In this document: positions 8,633-18,392 of the stretch, piece after piece
Layout of the letters: each line of letters opens with the position of its first letter
Position numbering within the stretch: the stretch's first letter is position 1
Source of the DNA: a virus
Virus record (IMG/VR): IMGVR_UViG_3300044680_000048
Coordinates: 1-64,000 of that record
Direction: 5' to 3' (one strand)
DNA: 64,000 bases
Translations under genes and position numbers: made by a program
The notes under the pieces: generated by a model
Told to the model about the DNA's origin: nothing
Databases searched by the model: none
Seen by the model: the letters and a program-made list of their open reading frames with translations, nothing else

Positions 8633-8775
8633 AAATTTTTGAGTTTGCGGATGGTTGGGCAGCGAAAGCCCCCAACTTTCTCATCACTGCTGAAACAGAA
8701 GAGAAGTTAAATACACTCTTGGCGGAAATCCTACAAGAAGAATCGGCAAAAATTCTTTTAGGAGTAAAAGTATGA
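8617..8775 (+). CDS. hypothetical protein (52 aa)
   Basis: AAAGGAG 9 nt upstream of ATG 8617; ATGA coupling to the 8772 gene; below track cutoff. Confidence 0.55.
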   Translation: MFENLEIFEFADGWAAKAPNFLITAETEEKLNTLLAEILQEESAKILLGVKV

Positions 8776-9155
8776 AATACTTTCTTCAATACGAAGAGAC
8801 TAGAACCGGTGGAGATGTTTGTGAAGGAGATGAGGGGAACGTGTGGCCCTCATATGAGGATACGGATATTAACTTAGACCTTAAGTTTCTGGCTACAGAT
8901 AGAACAAACTGTACTCATTGGTGTATAGAAGAGTTTGAGTTAGAGCACCCCTTAGATTCCGCTTTTGTTTTAGTTGCTCGATATGCATTTGGAGATACTT
9001 TTAGCAGGACGTGTGGCAATTTTGAATTCTTGGGAATATTCAATTCTGAAGAAGAGGCTCAACTGAAAGCTTCTAAAATTAATGGACCCAAACGTTGGAA
9101 CGACTATTTCGGAGGATTTGAGGGGTTTGAGATAACAGAGGTTCCTATTAAATGA
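8772..9155 (+). CDS. hypothetical protein (127 aa)
   Basis: ORF track; ATGA coupling. Confidence 0.65.
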   Translation: MKYFLQYEETRTGGDVCEGDEGNVWPSYEDTDINLDLKFLATDRTNCTHWCIEEFELEHPLDSAFVLVARYAFGDTFSRTCGNFEFLGIFNSEEEAQLKASKINGPKRWNDYFGGFEGFEITEVPIK

Positions 9156-9370
9156 TCAGAATTGTCTGTCTAGTAAACTATGAGGATGTAGGCTGTTTTG
9201 CCGTAGCCTCTAAGCCTTATCGGAAGCAGGATAATGACTTTTTAACTGACCGGCGGGAAATACCCCTTAAATGGGCACAACAAGCAGTTAAAGCCTGGAT
9301 TAATAGAGGCGGAGATTACCTTTCTGCTCCTTTTGATGGAGTAGAAGATTTTAATCTAATAAGGGCTTGA
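9152..9370 (+). CDS. hypothetical protein (72 aa)
   Basis: ORF track; ATGA coupling. Confidence 0.6.
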   Translation: MIRIVCLVNYEDVGCFAVASKPYRKQDNDFLTDRREIPLKWAQQAVKAWINRGGDYLSAPFDGVEDFNLIRA

Positions 9371-9414
9371 TAATAGAGTATAATAGAATCTTCCCAAGGA
9401 GGGAAATATTTAAA

Positions 9415-9747
9415 ATGGAAAACAATAAAATAAACTGCTTCCGGCAAGGTGATGTTCTTATAGTTAAAATAGAAGAGCTTCCGGCAAACCTTAAACCAGT
9501 TAAACCCACCAAGGTAAGACCAAATCAACATGTTTTAGCATGGGGGGAGTCTACTGGAAATGCACATGCATTAGACGTTAAGGAGTCAAATCTTTTAGAA
9601 ACTCCGGAAGGAGTAAGGTATCTTCAAGTCTTAGAGAGAGCTTACTTGAAACATGAGGAACATCATACTATTGACATTCCTAAGGGAAACTATAGAATAG
9701 TTCAACAAGTTGAGTACCAAAAGGAATTTAGACCGGTAGTAGACTAA
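9415..9747 (+). CDS. hypothetical protein (110 aa from ATG 9415)
   Basis: AAGGAGGG upstream of ATG 9415; the track's TTG 9367 start is less likely. Confidence 0.6.
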   Translation: MENNKINCFRQGDVLIVKIEELPANLKPVKPTKVRPNQHVLAWGESTGNAHALDVKESNLLETPEGVRYLQVLERAYLKHEEHHTIDIPKGNYRIVQQVEYQKEFRPVVD

Positions 9748-9763
9748 CAGGAGCCGTTAAGAC

Positions 9764-10942
9764 ATGACTAAGATTAAAAAGTTGACCAACTGTCAAGAAC
9801 AGGATATGTTAATTTATAGAGAAATATGGTTAGATCAAGGAAGATCTACCGCTCCTCTAGACCTGTTAAGGGTTCAAGATTCTGTAAATGATTTATATTC
9901 TTTAATTGATCTAGAGGCTCCTGCTTTAGTCCATTGCCAGAGTCCTTGGCAAATGGCTTATATGGTTGCCAGTTTTAAGAAAATAGGCAAATTTGAAGGG
10001 AATAATCTAAGGAATAATCTATGGAATAATCTAGGGAATAATCTAAGGAATAATCTAGGGAATAATCTAAGGAATAATCTATGGAATAATCTAGGGAATA
10101 ATCTAGGGAATAATCTAAGGAATAATCTAAGGAATAATCTATGGAATAATCTAGGGAATAATCTAAGGAATAATCTAGGGAATAATCTAAGGAATAATCT
10201 ATGGAATAATCTAAGGGATAATGAATTAGACAAAGAGTTCGCCCAATTTGCAAAAGATTCACATAATTATTGGACGTTCTATTCTCAGTGGTACTTATAC
10301 TGGCTTTCTTTTTATGACTTTCCCCGCTCTATTGGAATTAAATATACGGAAGAAGAGAATAAACAGTTAGACATTTGGCTGGAAGTTTCCAGGTCTGTAT
10401 TTGGGTGTGCAACCTATGAGGGCATCTGTTTTGTTTGTGAACGTCCAACTACTTTAACTGTGGACGCCCAAGGAAGATTGCATAATGAATTAGGACCAGC
10501 TTTAGCCTTTTCGGACGGATATGAGTTATATTATTGGCATGGTATTCAACTCTTGCCGGAAGATTATTCTAAACCTCTTGAAGTAAAGAGAATTGATAAT
10601 GAATCTAATGTAGAAGTTAGAAGAGCATTAATTGAAAAATATGGTCAAGCTAAATATCTCTTAGACTCAGGAGCGGAAAAGCTTCATGAAGATGACTTTG
10701 GAGTACTTTACCGGAAACAGTTAACTGGAGATGAGTCGATCTTTATGGTAAAAGTAGTAAATAGTTCGCCGGAACCAGATGGAAGTTTTAAGGATTACTT
10801 CTTAGGGATTGATCCCAAAGCTTATAGGGATGCTAGTAAAATAACCGCTAAAGCAGCAGTAGCTAGTACTTGGAGATATGAAGGAAATACGGAATATGTT
10901 TTCCCGAATCCTGAAGATTATATTCCTCTAGTAGAGACTTAG
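9764..10942 (+). CDS. repeat protein: N-domain + 18 x NNL[R/W/G] tetrapeptide repeats + conserved C-terminal domain
   Basis: 392-aa ORF, AGGAG 10 nt upstream. The C-terminal region (CERP..LHNE.GPAL.FSDG..YWHG...NVEVRR..IEKYG..) recalls, from memory, a bacterial family of unknown function with period-4 repeats. Confidence 0.8.
   Translation: MTKIKKLTNCQEQDMLIYREIWLDQGRSTAPLDLLRVQDSVNDLYSLIDLEAPALVHCQSPWQMAYMVASFKKIGKFEGNNLRNNLWNNLGNNLRNNLGNNLRNNLWNNLGNNLGNNLRNNLRNNLWNNLGNNLRNNLGNNLRNNLWNNLRDNELDKEFAQFAKDSHNYWTFYSQWYLYWLSFYDFPRSIGIKYTEEENKQLDIWLEVSRSVFGCATYEGICFVCERPTTLTVDAQGRLHNELGPALAFSDGYELYYWHGIQLLPEDYSKPLEVKRIDNESNVEVRRALIEKYGQAKYLLDSGAEKLHEDDFGVLYRKQLTGDESIFMVKVVNSSPEPDGSFKDYFLGIDPKAYRDASKITAKAAVASTWRYEGNTEYVFPNPEDYIPLVET
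10001..10216 (+). repeat. 18 tandem 12-nt units AATAATCTA[A/T/G]GG
   Basis: Read directly: 11 of 12 nt are invariant in all 18 units and only position 10 varies. Order is R W G R G R W G G R R W G R G R W R; 60-nt higher-order copy 10001-10060 = 10121-10180. Confidence 0.97.
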
Positions 10943-10944
10943 AA

Positions 10945-11130
10945 ATGCCTAAATTCTATAAGGTATATGCTGTTGCTTATACTGTTAATGCTGCTTATGC
11001 TGCTAATGCTGCTAATGCTGCTGCTGCTGATGCTAGAGATAAAGTCTTATCGGATTTTGCGGAAGATGTAGTACAGACACTTATAAAACTTAAAACCCCA
11101 GGAAGTAAATATCTTAACTTAACGGAATGA
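10945..11130 (+). CDS. small Ala-rich protein (61 aa) with conserved tail ..AEDVVQTLIKLKTPGSKYLNLTE
   Basis: Starts 3 nt after the repeat-protein gene; tail nearly identical in pattern to the C-terminus of 12055..12984. Confidence 0.6.
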   Translation: MPKFYKVYAVAYTVNAAYAANAANAAAADARDKVLSDFAEDVVQTLIKLKTPGSKYLNLTE

Positions 11131-11238
11131 GAGTTTGGGATTAAGGTATAACTCGCATCCGGAAGCCTTCGTTATACGTTCCCAAAAGGTCAGGGTATTG
11201 ACCTTAAAAATACCCGCTAGCCTTAAATGAAGAGTGGG

Positions 11239-11285
11239 GGGAAGACTTATTCCTTTGTAATAGTCTTCCCGTCTTCTGTCTTTTC
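11239..11285 (+). terminator. candidate intrinsic terminator
   Basis: GGGAAGACT (11239-11247) pairs with AGTCTTCCC (11262-11270), then T-rich GTCTTCTGTCTTTT; the loop is long (14 nt). Confidence 0.45.
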
Positions 11286-11307
11286 AACTCCGAAGATGAT
11301 CCCGGCA

Positions 11308-11377
11308 CATAAAATAGTTACCATTTGACCTTTCCTTAAACTGTCTGATACCCTAGTAATGTTAACCAAATGAAGGG
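11308..11377 (+). repeat. copy A of a ~68-bp conserved intergenic element
   Basis: CATAAAATAGTTACCATTTGACCTTTCCTTAAACTGTCTGATACCCTAGTAATGTTAACCAAATG.. about 85-90% identical to 13461-13526. Confidence 0.85.
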
Positions 11378-11630
11378 GGGGGTGCATGGCAAGTGGATCA
11401 TCTTCCCTATTCTATTTTTTGGTGGTGGAGAGAGTTATGAGTTCTCTATCATCCCTAAATTCCATTACTATGGCTGCGCAGTCTCTTCAATCTGGTTAGG
11501 CGTAGAGTTCGTCCTAAGGACTCAATTCGTTTGGCTGCATGGACTGCTAAAACGCAAACACTAAAATAGAGTTGACATAACCTCTGAGATTTTGTACTCT
11601 GTAAGAGGTTGAAAGTCGAGGTAAAAAGTA

Positions 11631-11891
11631 ATGGACAAGCTAACATTGATATTCACCAGTGCTACATTTGGCACAGTGACAACTCTCAATTATGTTGTTA
11701 ATACAAAACAAGTATTTAACTCCGGCGTTCAAAAGGTCATCTCTACCCTCAAAAACAAACGAGAAGGTAGCTTGGACATCAAGCTGACTTTCGAAGATGG
11801 GTATGTTATCGAAGACCAGTATCAGTGTCACATTCCTCAATACCGAGAATCTGAAATCAGAGATGGCGTAGGAATGCTAATGGGCTCCTAG
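11631..11891 (+). CDS. hypothetical protein (86 aa)
   Basis: ORF track; GAGG upstream; TTGACA at 11572-11577 with weak -10 TACTCT. Confidence 0.6.
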   Translation: MDKLTLIFTSATFGTVTTLNYVVNTKQVFNSGVQKVISTLKNKREGSLDIKLTFEDGYVIEDQYQCHIPQYRESEIRDGVGMLMGS

Positions 11892-12054
11892 TCTCTAGGG
11901 ACACAGTCAACAAATCAGTTGACATAAGACAATGTTGTAAATAAAGGGGGAAATAATGCCTACGAACGTTAACAAATTCCGGTTAATCTGTAGCAATAAA
12001 TGATTAATCAAGGCCTGTCGGCTTTCCCACACCCTACTAATTTAGGAGGATAAT

Positions 12055-12984
<930 letters not shown>

Positions 12985-13078
12985 ACAAGAAATATTAATA
13001 AACTTTTCCTTCAATAAAGATTAGCGGCAAGTTAACGTAGTTAAATTATACAAAACAACATTCCGGAGGTTAATTAAG

Positions 13079-13246
13079 ATGTTCTTTGGACAAGATTATA
13101 GTAATATCCCATTATCAGACCTTCCGGGAACAAAGATTATCAGTATAAATAGATCAGATCAGCCGGAATACCCTCCTCAACATGTTCAAGTAGCTGTTAT
13201 TCTAGGGTATTTAAGAAAGTGCCATCGGTTGGAGATAGGAAAGTGA
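13079..13246 (+). CDS. hypothetical protein (55 aa)
   Basis: GGAGG 10 nt upstream of ATG 13079; below track cutoff. Confidence 0.45.
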   Translation: MFFGQDYSNIPLSDLPGTKIISINRSDQPEYPPQHVQVAVILGYLRKCHRLEIGK

Positions 13247-13460
13247 CTAAAAGAGAATTAGATAAGATTAATAAGGCAATTCTTAAGGCAAAGTCTGATA
13301 ATAAAAAATGGAAAAGGTCCATCAATTACATTGGGGATTGAAAAGTAAGAGAGAAAGGTTTATGTATTTTCATAAATTTCAATCAATCTTTGCGGAACCC
13401 TAATTATTAAGTGCTAAATGGAGATACTTTCTAAGTTATGCTTATGCTAGAGACATAGCC

Positions 13461-13526
13461 CATAAAATAGTTATCATTTGACCTTCCCTTAACTTCTGAT
13501 ACTCTAGTAATGTACCAAATGGGAGG
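13461..13526 (+). repeat. copy B of the ~68-bp conserved intergenic element
   Basis: Aligns with 11308-11377; ends at the RBS of the 13536 gene. Confidence 0.85.
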
Positions 13527-13535
13527 ATAGAGGCT

Positions 13536-13823
13536 ATGACAATCAAAGAAGCAATTTTAGGATATTTAACTATTAATTGCTGGGACAGTAAACACTCTAT
13601 TAATTCGGGCGTTAATAGTAAGTTTGGGCATAAAGTAGGATCTATACAGATAGATGAAGAATTAGACAAATTGACAAAAGAGGGATTGATTGTCTTTAGT
13701 CAGGTAAAGTTAAATAACCTAAGAGACACAAAAGGATATCAGACACAATTTCATAGAATTTGGAGATTAGCGAATAAAAACTCCAGCTACGTAGAATTAT
13801 TAACCTTTGCCGGAATGGTATAA
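13536..13823 (+). CDS. possible winged-helix DNA-binding protein (95 aa)
   Basis: GGGAGG upstream; ..EELDKLTKEGLIVFSQ.. helix-wing-like pattern; weak by-eye call. Confidence 0.55.
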   Translation: MTIKEAILGYLTINCWDSKHSINSGVNSKFGHKVGSIQIDEELDKLTKEGLIVFSQVKLNNLRDTKGYQTQFHRIWRLANKNSSYVELLTFAGMV

Positions 13824-14060
13824 AAGGAAGGGATTTATGGGTTTAGTTGGAATAATTGAACCCTGGGAAAGTGAGGCAAGAAATATGGTCCAATTCTTCT
13901 AATAGGCTCTAATTCGGACGATAACGTCAACACCACCAATCAGATCTATATATGCAATGTCCTGGTCTAAATACGCTTATAGTGATAAAGATAAGAAAGA
14001 TATACAAGTTTTGAGATAACTAGTTCCGGTAAACCTTACAAATAAAAGGGAAAACCTAAC

Positions 14061-14249
14061 ATGAATAAGATATTTGGAACCTATATAGATCATCATGACG
14101 GAAGGTTGTTTTCCGGATGGAATATAGAAGCTTCTGATTTTGATCAAGCTATGTTAAAAGTATCTACGATTAATGAATGCCTTGAAAATATAGGGATAAA
14201 CATAAATTTAAGAGTTAATGGCGAACTAGTGGAGACTATTCACCTATAA
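14061..14249 (+). CDS. hypothetical protein (62 aa)
   Basis: ORF track; AAGGGA upstream. Confidence 0.55.
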   Translation: MNKIFGTYIDHHDGRLFSGWNIEASDFDQAMLKVSTINECLENIGININLRVNGELVETIHL

Positions 14250-14257
14250 AATTTTAC

Positions 14258-14286
14258 TTGACAGGCGGGGAACCGGAAGCTATAGT
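14258..14286 (+). promoter_or_regulatory. sigma70-type promoter (TTGACA-17-TATAGT)
   Basis: TTGACA 14258-14263, TATAGT 14281-14286, upstream of the 14319 gene. Confidence 0.6.
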
Positions 14287-14318
14287 TTAAGAGTAAACCA
14301 AGTTGAGGTTACAGATTA

Positions 14319-14678
14319 ATGAATGTAGTTGAGTATAAATTTTGGTCTTACCGGCAAAACAATTCAGGCGGTAAATTTCATATAAATGATAAGGTAACAA
14401 TTCTGGTAGTAATTGAAGCGCCTGATCCTGAATATGCTGACTTCTTATTCGAACGAAATACTGGCGTAAATATAGATAGTCATCCCTATTGTGAATGTTG
14501 CGGGGAAAGATGGAATAATGCCTGGGGTGAAGGTAATGATCAGCCAAGCTCACGCTTCTCAGGCGATCCTATAATAAAGGAAGATGAATATTTAACCTGT
14601 TGGGTTAAGACCGGTGAACCTTACGTGCATATCTATTATTTCAACGGTAATAAGGAATCCTATATAAAAGAGACTTAA
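14319..14678 (+). CDS. hypothetical protein (119 aa) with YRQNNSGG / CECCGERW motifs
   Basis: ORF track; GAGG upstream. Confidence 0.65.
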   Translation: MNVVEYKFWSYRQNNSGGKFHINDKVTILVVIEAPDPEYADFLFERNTGVNIDSHPYCECCGERWNNAWGEGNDQPSSRFSGDPIIKEDEYLTCWVKTGEPYVHIYYFNGNKESYIKET

Positions 14679-14735
14679 TTTGCCTTCCGGTCAAGTTTTG
14701 TCTATGTTCTAGGAACAAAAGTGAGGTAATTCATC

Positions 14736-15032
14736 TTGTATATTCACTTAAAAGATATTATAAATGAGCATAAACCAAGGGTAGGTACTGATTCCTGTGG
14801 GAGAAACCTAGGACAATGGCATGATGAAGCAATAAAGGCTCTAATAGCACGGGATCTAAGGTTTAATACAAAAAATGGGCAAATTTGGGATAATAATCTA
14901 GGATTATTGGAAAGGTATAGTAATCCAAGTGATTATGAGCCTACGGAAGATCCAGCCACTATAATGGAATGGAATTTTAGCCGCTATATAAACAATTCTG
15001 CTAGTCGCATATCAAGAGGGTTTAAGCCATGA
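14736..15032 (+). CDS. hypothetical protein (98 aa), TTG start
   Basis: ORF track; GAGG about 11 nt upstream. Confidence 0.5.
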   Translation: MYIHLKDIINEHKPRVGTDSCGRNLGQWHDEAIKALIARDLRFNTKNGQIWDNNLGLLERYSNPSDYEPTEDPATIMEWNFSRYINNSASRISRGFKP

Positions 15033-15137
15033 GTGTGCATAGAGTATGGGCATTAGCGAAAGACAAGTTTAACATCCAAGGGAGAACAATTCATCAAATA
15101 GGGAAAGAGTAGGTTATAACCCCAAATAAATTATAGG

Positions 15138-15166
15138 TTGACAGTGCCAGAAAGGCGTGTTACCAT
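15138..15166 (+). promoter_or_regulatory. sigma70-type promoter (TTGACA-17-TACCAT)
   Basis: TTGACA 15138-15143, TACCAT 15161-15166. Confidence 0.5.
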
Positions 15167-15192
15167 AAATTTATTCCTGAGAGGTAATTCAA

Positions 15193-15522
15193 ATGGCATT
15201 AACATTAGAACAAGTTAAGAATTTATCATACGGCGACCGTGTATATTTCGTTCAAATGTATAAGCCCGTAGAAGGCACAAAAGTTAGGGAATTCCGGGTA
15301 TCTGGTAAGCCTAAAACTTGGAAAACAAGACCTAATGACGTAAAGGTGCCCGTAAAGTATGGTCTATACGAGAATGCTTATATAGGTACGGTTGATGAAT
15401 GTGAGCCGCTTGAAAGATTCTATATGACGCGGGAAGAGGTTGAAATTGAACTACCACCAGTAATCAAGGGTAAAATAGGAACCAAAAAACAAATTAAATC
15501 CCTTAATTCCCTATTGACATAA
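15193..15522 (+). CDS. hypothetical protein (109 aa)
   Basis: ORF track; GAGAGG upstream. Confidence 0.65.
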   Translation: MALTLEQVKNLSYGDRVYFVQMYKPVEGTKVREFRVSGKPKTWKTRPNDVKVPVKYGLYENAYIGTVDECEPLERFYMTREEVEIELPPVIKGKIGTKKQIKSLNSLLT

Positions 15523-15542
15523 AGACTAAGCGGTTTCATAAT
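15514..15542 (+). promoter_or_regulatory. sigma70-type promoter (TTGACA-17-CATAAT)
   Basis: TTGACA 15514-15519, CATAAT 15537-15542, overlapping the 3' end of the upstream gene. Confidence 0.55.
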
Positions 15543-15569
15543 GGTTCCATCAGCTAAGAGGTAAGTAAA

Positions 15570-15824
15570 ATGATAAAAGTTAACCAGGTTCAAGTATTTG
15601 TATTTCAAGCAACTACGGCTAGTAATTTTAGTGGAGTGCGGTTAAAGTCAGGAGATGGTATTAACCTTTACTTTGAGATGAGTAGTCAGGAATCTTTCAA
15701 TCTCGCATCTAAGCTTCTTAAACAGCTATCAAGAAACAGTCGCATGACCGAAAAGGTTCAAAAATTGTTAGAAGAAATTAATGAAGATTACAATCTTTCA
15801 ACTTTGGAGATGTTACGTCTCTAG
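15570..15824 (+). CDS. hypothetical protein (84 aa)
   Basis: ORF track; AAGAGG upstream. Confidence 0.6.
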   Translation: MIKVNQVQVFVFQATTASNFSGVRLKSGDGINLYFEMSSQESFNLASKLLKQLSRNSRMTEKVQKLLEEINEDYNLSTLEMLRL

Positions 15825-15972
15825 ACTCGGTTGACACTGATCTATTGGAATTAGGGAAGGATATTCCTCTAACTTTTGACTACACATATAGGGATGGCTG
15901 TTTTGATAATGACCAACTCTTTGCCGTCTACTCTAATCAAGATATCGCCAAACTCTGTGAGAGGTTATTAGC

Positions 15973-16155
15973 GTGTATGAATTGATTCTGCGTTGCGGGA
16001 AAACTGGTGAAACTATGTCCCCAGTAGTAATTTGCCGGAAGCACTTGTGGGATATCCCACTCAGCGGGCAAGATCTATTCTACGAGTCTGACGCTATTAC
16101 TAGTAATAGCGAGTTGTGTGAGTTTTGCATTCCAGAAATAGCTCTTAACAATTAG
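15973..16155 (+). CDS. hypothetical Cys-containing protein (60 aa), GTG start
   Basis: ORF track; see the finding on the start-less ORF 15785-15987. Confidence 0.45.
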   Translation: MYELILRCGKTGETMSPVVICRKHLWDIPLSGQDLFYESDAITSNSELCEFCIPEIALNN

Positions 16156-16184
16156 TTGACGGACAATAATTCCTAGTGTACAGT
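16156..16184 (+). promoter_or_regulatory. sigma70-type promoter (TTGACG-17-TACAGT)
   Basis: TTGACG 16156-16161, TACAGT 16179-16184. Confidence 0.5.
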
Positions 16185-16218
16185 TATTACATGAACTCCC
16201 AACTGAGGTTTAACTCTA

Positions 16219-17265
16219 ATGGCACATAAATTGGATAACGTACTAACTGTAGGCGACCGTGCTTGGCATGGTCTTGATCAAAACTTAGAGAGTATGTCCG
16301 TAGCGGACATACAAGAGAAAGTACTAAACTTTGAGCCGGTTTACTTTCCTCTAGGGATGACTGATCCGGTCACTGAGCAAATAGTTCAAGCAGAACATAG
16401 AGCGGTCTATCGCGTTCCTACTTCCGTATTTGACGCTTCTCACGTAGAGGATGAGGCGGGATACGAAAAATTTAGTCTCAAGACATGTAAAGGTCTTATC
16501 TCTAGCAATTTCGACAATTGCCGGGAATCCGTAGTTAAATTGTCGGAAGTCGGACCAAGCTATAACCCGCTCTATAATAGAGACCTCCTGAGAATCACAA
16601 GACCAATTTGGGAATCCGGGTTAGTCAATTTAGAGACGGCGGGAACCCTTTTCAATGGTAAGAAAGTTTGGATTCAGGGCAAATTAACCGAATATGAACC
16701 GGTTAAGGGGGATACAAGATTAGGTTATCTTGTAGCGATTAATGCTCACGATTCAAGTATCGCTCCCGGATTCGTTTTTACCGAAGTGCGGGTAGTCTGC
16801 AATAACACCTATAGATTAATGATGGATTCTAAAATTTCTCGGAGATTGCAAGTCAGACACTCTAGTCAAGTAGTTGAAAACTTTGAAGAACTAGCCGAAA
16901 CCTTAGATATGGTCAATGCTCAGTTCTTAGTCCACACCGAAAAACTCAAGAAGTTGGCGGAGATAACGATTCAGTCGGAAGAACAAATTAGACAAATATG
17001 CAAAGTAGCCTATGGCGTAACTGAGAGAAAAGGTCGTACAGAGGACGCGATTGTAGAAGCGTTTGAAACCGCACCCGGTAACAATCAAGAGGGAATCCGA
17101 GGAACGGGATTAGCCTTGCACGAAGCATTTACCTATTACCTGACTCACATCGCCGGAAACAAGAATACAACCGAGGATCACCGGAAGGATTCGAATCTCT
17201 TCAACACACTTAATGCCAAATTTGTAGGTAAGGTTGATGCGACAATCCTGGCAATAGCGGGCTAA
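16219..17265 (+). CDS. DUF932 / phage-plasmid-like protein (TIGR03299-like)
   Basis: 348 aa; N-terminus MAHKLDNVLTVGDRAWHGLDQNL matches the family's ..PWHGLG.. start; GAGG upstream. Confidence 0.75.
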   Translation: MAHKLDNVLTVGDRAWHGLDQNLESMSVADIQEKVLNFEPVYFPLGMTDPVTEQIVQAEHRAVYRVPTSVFDASHVEDEAGYEKFSLKTCKGLISSNFDNCRESVVKLSEVGPSYNPLYNRDLLRITRPIWESGLVNLETAGTLFNGKKVWIQGKLTEYEPVKGDTRLGYLVAINAHDSSIAPGFVFTEVRVVCNNTYRLMMDSKISRRLQVRHSSQVVENFEELAETLDMVNAQFLVHTEKLKKLAEITIQSEEQIRQICKVAYGVTERKGRTEDAIVEAFETAPGNNQEGIRGTGLALHEAFTYYLTHIAGNKNTTEDHRKDSNLFNTLNAKFVGKVDATILAIAG

Positions 17266-17305
17266 AGCCCTACAAACCGCTGGTAGACCGGTCAAAAGTC
17301 TACCG

Positions 17306-17334
17306 TTGACAAGTCTTGCCGGAAGGTATAAGAT
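17306..17334 (+). promoter_or_regulatory. sigma70-type promoter (TTGACA-17-TAAGAT)
   Basis: TTGACA 17306-17311, TAAGAT 17329-17334; the spacer contains TTGCCGGAA. Confidence 0.55.
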
Positions 17335-17365
17335 AAGAGAGTCAAGAGCAACTGAGGTTTATGTT

Positions 17366-17584
17366 ATGAGCAAATTAGAATCAGTATTCAATGGCTTTAC
17401 AAACAAACAGATACTTGTGTTGGGATATGCATTGAGCCAATACATCGAAGATTCAACTAATACTTACAATTTCATCTCAGGAACTGAAGCGGACGAGGCT
17501 CGGTTGCTACTCAATGCTTTGAGCGACTATCAAGATCTTAAGAAAAAGCTTGATAAACTCACAGAAGAGATGATGATCTACTAG
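17366..17584 (+). CDS. hypothetical protein (72 aa from ATG 17366)
   Basis: GAGG upstream of ATG 17366; the track start at 17306 is the -35 hexamer. Confidence 0.6.
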   Translation: MSKLESVFNGFTNKQILVLGYALSQYIEDSTNTYNFISGTEADEARLLLNALSDYQDLKKKLDKLTEEMMIY

Positions 17585-17625
17585 AGCGGGAGCCATACTG
17601 ATCTATACTAAAGGGAATAACCGCA

Positions 17626-17814
17626 ATGCAAGATCTTAAGAAAGAAGTTAAGAAGCAACATGCCCGGAAGGTCAATTCTTGGAATCGGCTGGTTACAAAC
17701 ATTTACTCAAAAGCCAACGAAAACCAGTATTATAAGGATCAGAGTGAATTTCAGCTCTCAGTTTTCAAGCTGGTAGAGGAATTCAAACTAATGAAACGTA
17801 GGGGGATGGTTTAA
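17626..17814 (+). CDS. hypothetical basic protein (62 aa)
   Basis: ORF track; AAGGGA upstream. Confidence 0.55.
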   Translation: MQDLKKEVKKQHARKVNSWNRLVTNIYSKANENQYYKDQSEFQLSVFKLVEEFKLMKRRGMV

Positions 17815-18022
17815 TGATAATTCAACCAAGACCAAGAAATATGATAGTCTACCGGAATTGAGAATGTCCCTTCAGACTTCCAAGGGGCTTTGGTCCAATC
17901 AAAGATTAGGAATTTTACCATACAAGATCTTACTGTTTGTATGCTATCTTGCGGGAAGGTCTTGATCCATACTTAAGAAGTAAGGGCAATTGAGTACCAA
18001 GTAATTATCAGGAGCAGCCAAA

Positions 18023-18253
18023 ATGACAAAACAAGATTACCTAGCTAAATTCGAGACACAAGCGGACGCCGTTGAATTCGAGACTCAGTACCTATCAATA
18101 GGCGATGAGTTCCTACCGCCATGCGCCCGGCTTGTGTGTGCTGGCGGTGAGCCTACAGCCAAATACTGGAAAACACTTTGTGAGCAAGTCTCAATTCTGA
18201 ACTCTACCCAAACGGCGTTGAAATCGCTGAAACTGTCAAATCTACATGGGTAG
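18023..18253 (+). CDS. hypothetical protein (76 aa), possibly frameshifted into 18184-18372
   Basis: AGGAG upstream; a protein-like start-less ORF continues in the -1 frame. Confidence 0.5.
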   Translation: MTKQDYLAKFETQADAVEFETQYLSIGDEFLPPCARLVCAGGEPTAKYWKTLCEQVSILNSTQTALKSLKLSNLHG

Positions 18254-18392
18254 GCTTTGGCAGACAAGCAAATGGCTCTCCGGTACTGGCTATCGAGAAG
18301 GCTACCTACGGACTAGCAATCGAAGCCGTCAAACAAGCAAAGGCGAAAGGACAAGTAGCATTTATTATCTAACAGTATGTATGCTATTTGCT

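Noticed and set aside
10001-10216. Possible CRISPR-like array
   Set aside because: The units are contiguous 12-mers with no spacers, and they lie in frame inside a coding sequence.
9958-10262. Two minus-strand ORFs (LFHRLFLRLFPRLF.. and DYSLDYSIDYS..) across the 12-nt repeat
   Set aside because: These are alternative-frame read-throughs of the tandem repeat inside a well-supported + strand gene.
11370-11646. ORFs 11370-11564 (+) and 11455-11646 (-)
   Set aside because: They are mutually overlapping, have odd composition and no convincing RBS, and the region reads better as non-coding (conserved element plus promoter). A short peptide cannot be excluded.
15831-15859. TTGACA at 15831 (and at 18518 and 11919) as promoters
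   Set aside because: No acceptable -10 hexamer lies at 16-18 nt spacing.
17306-17365. Track starts at 17306 (TTG) and, similarly, 27530 and 9367
   Set aside because: These alternative starts fall in a promoter hexamer or deep inside the upstream gene. Downstream ATGs with an RBS or coupling are preferred.
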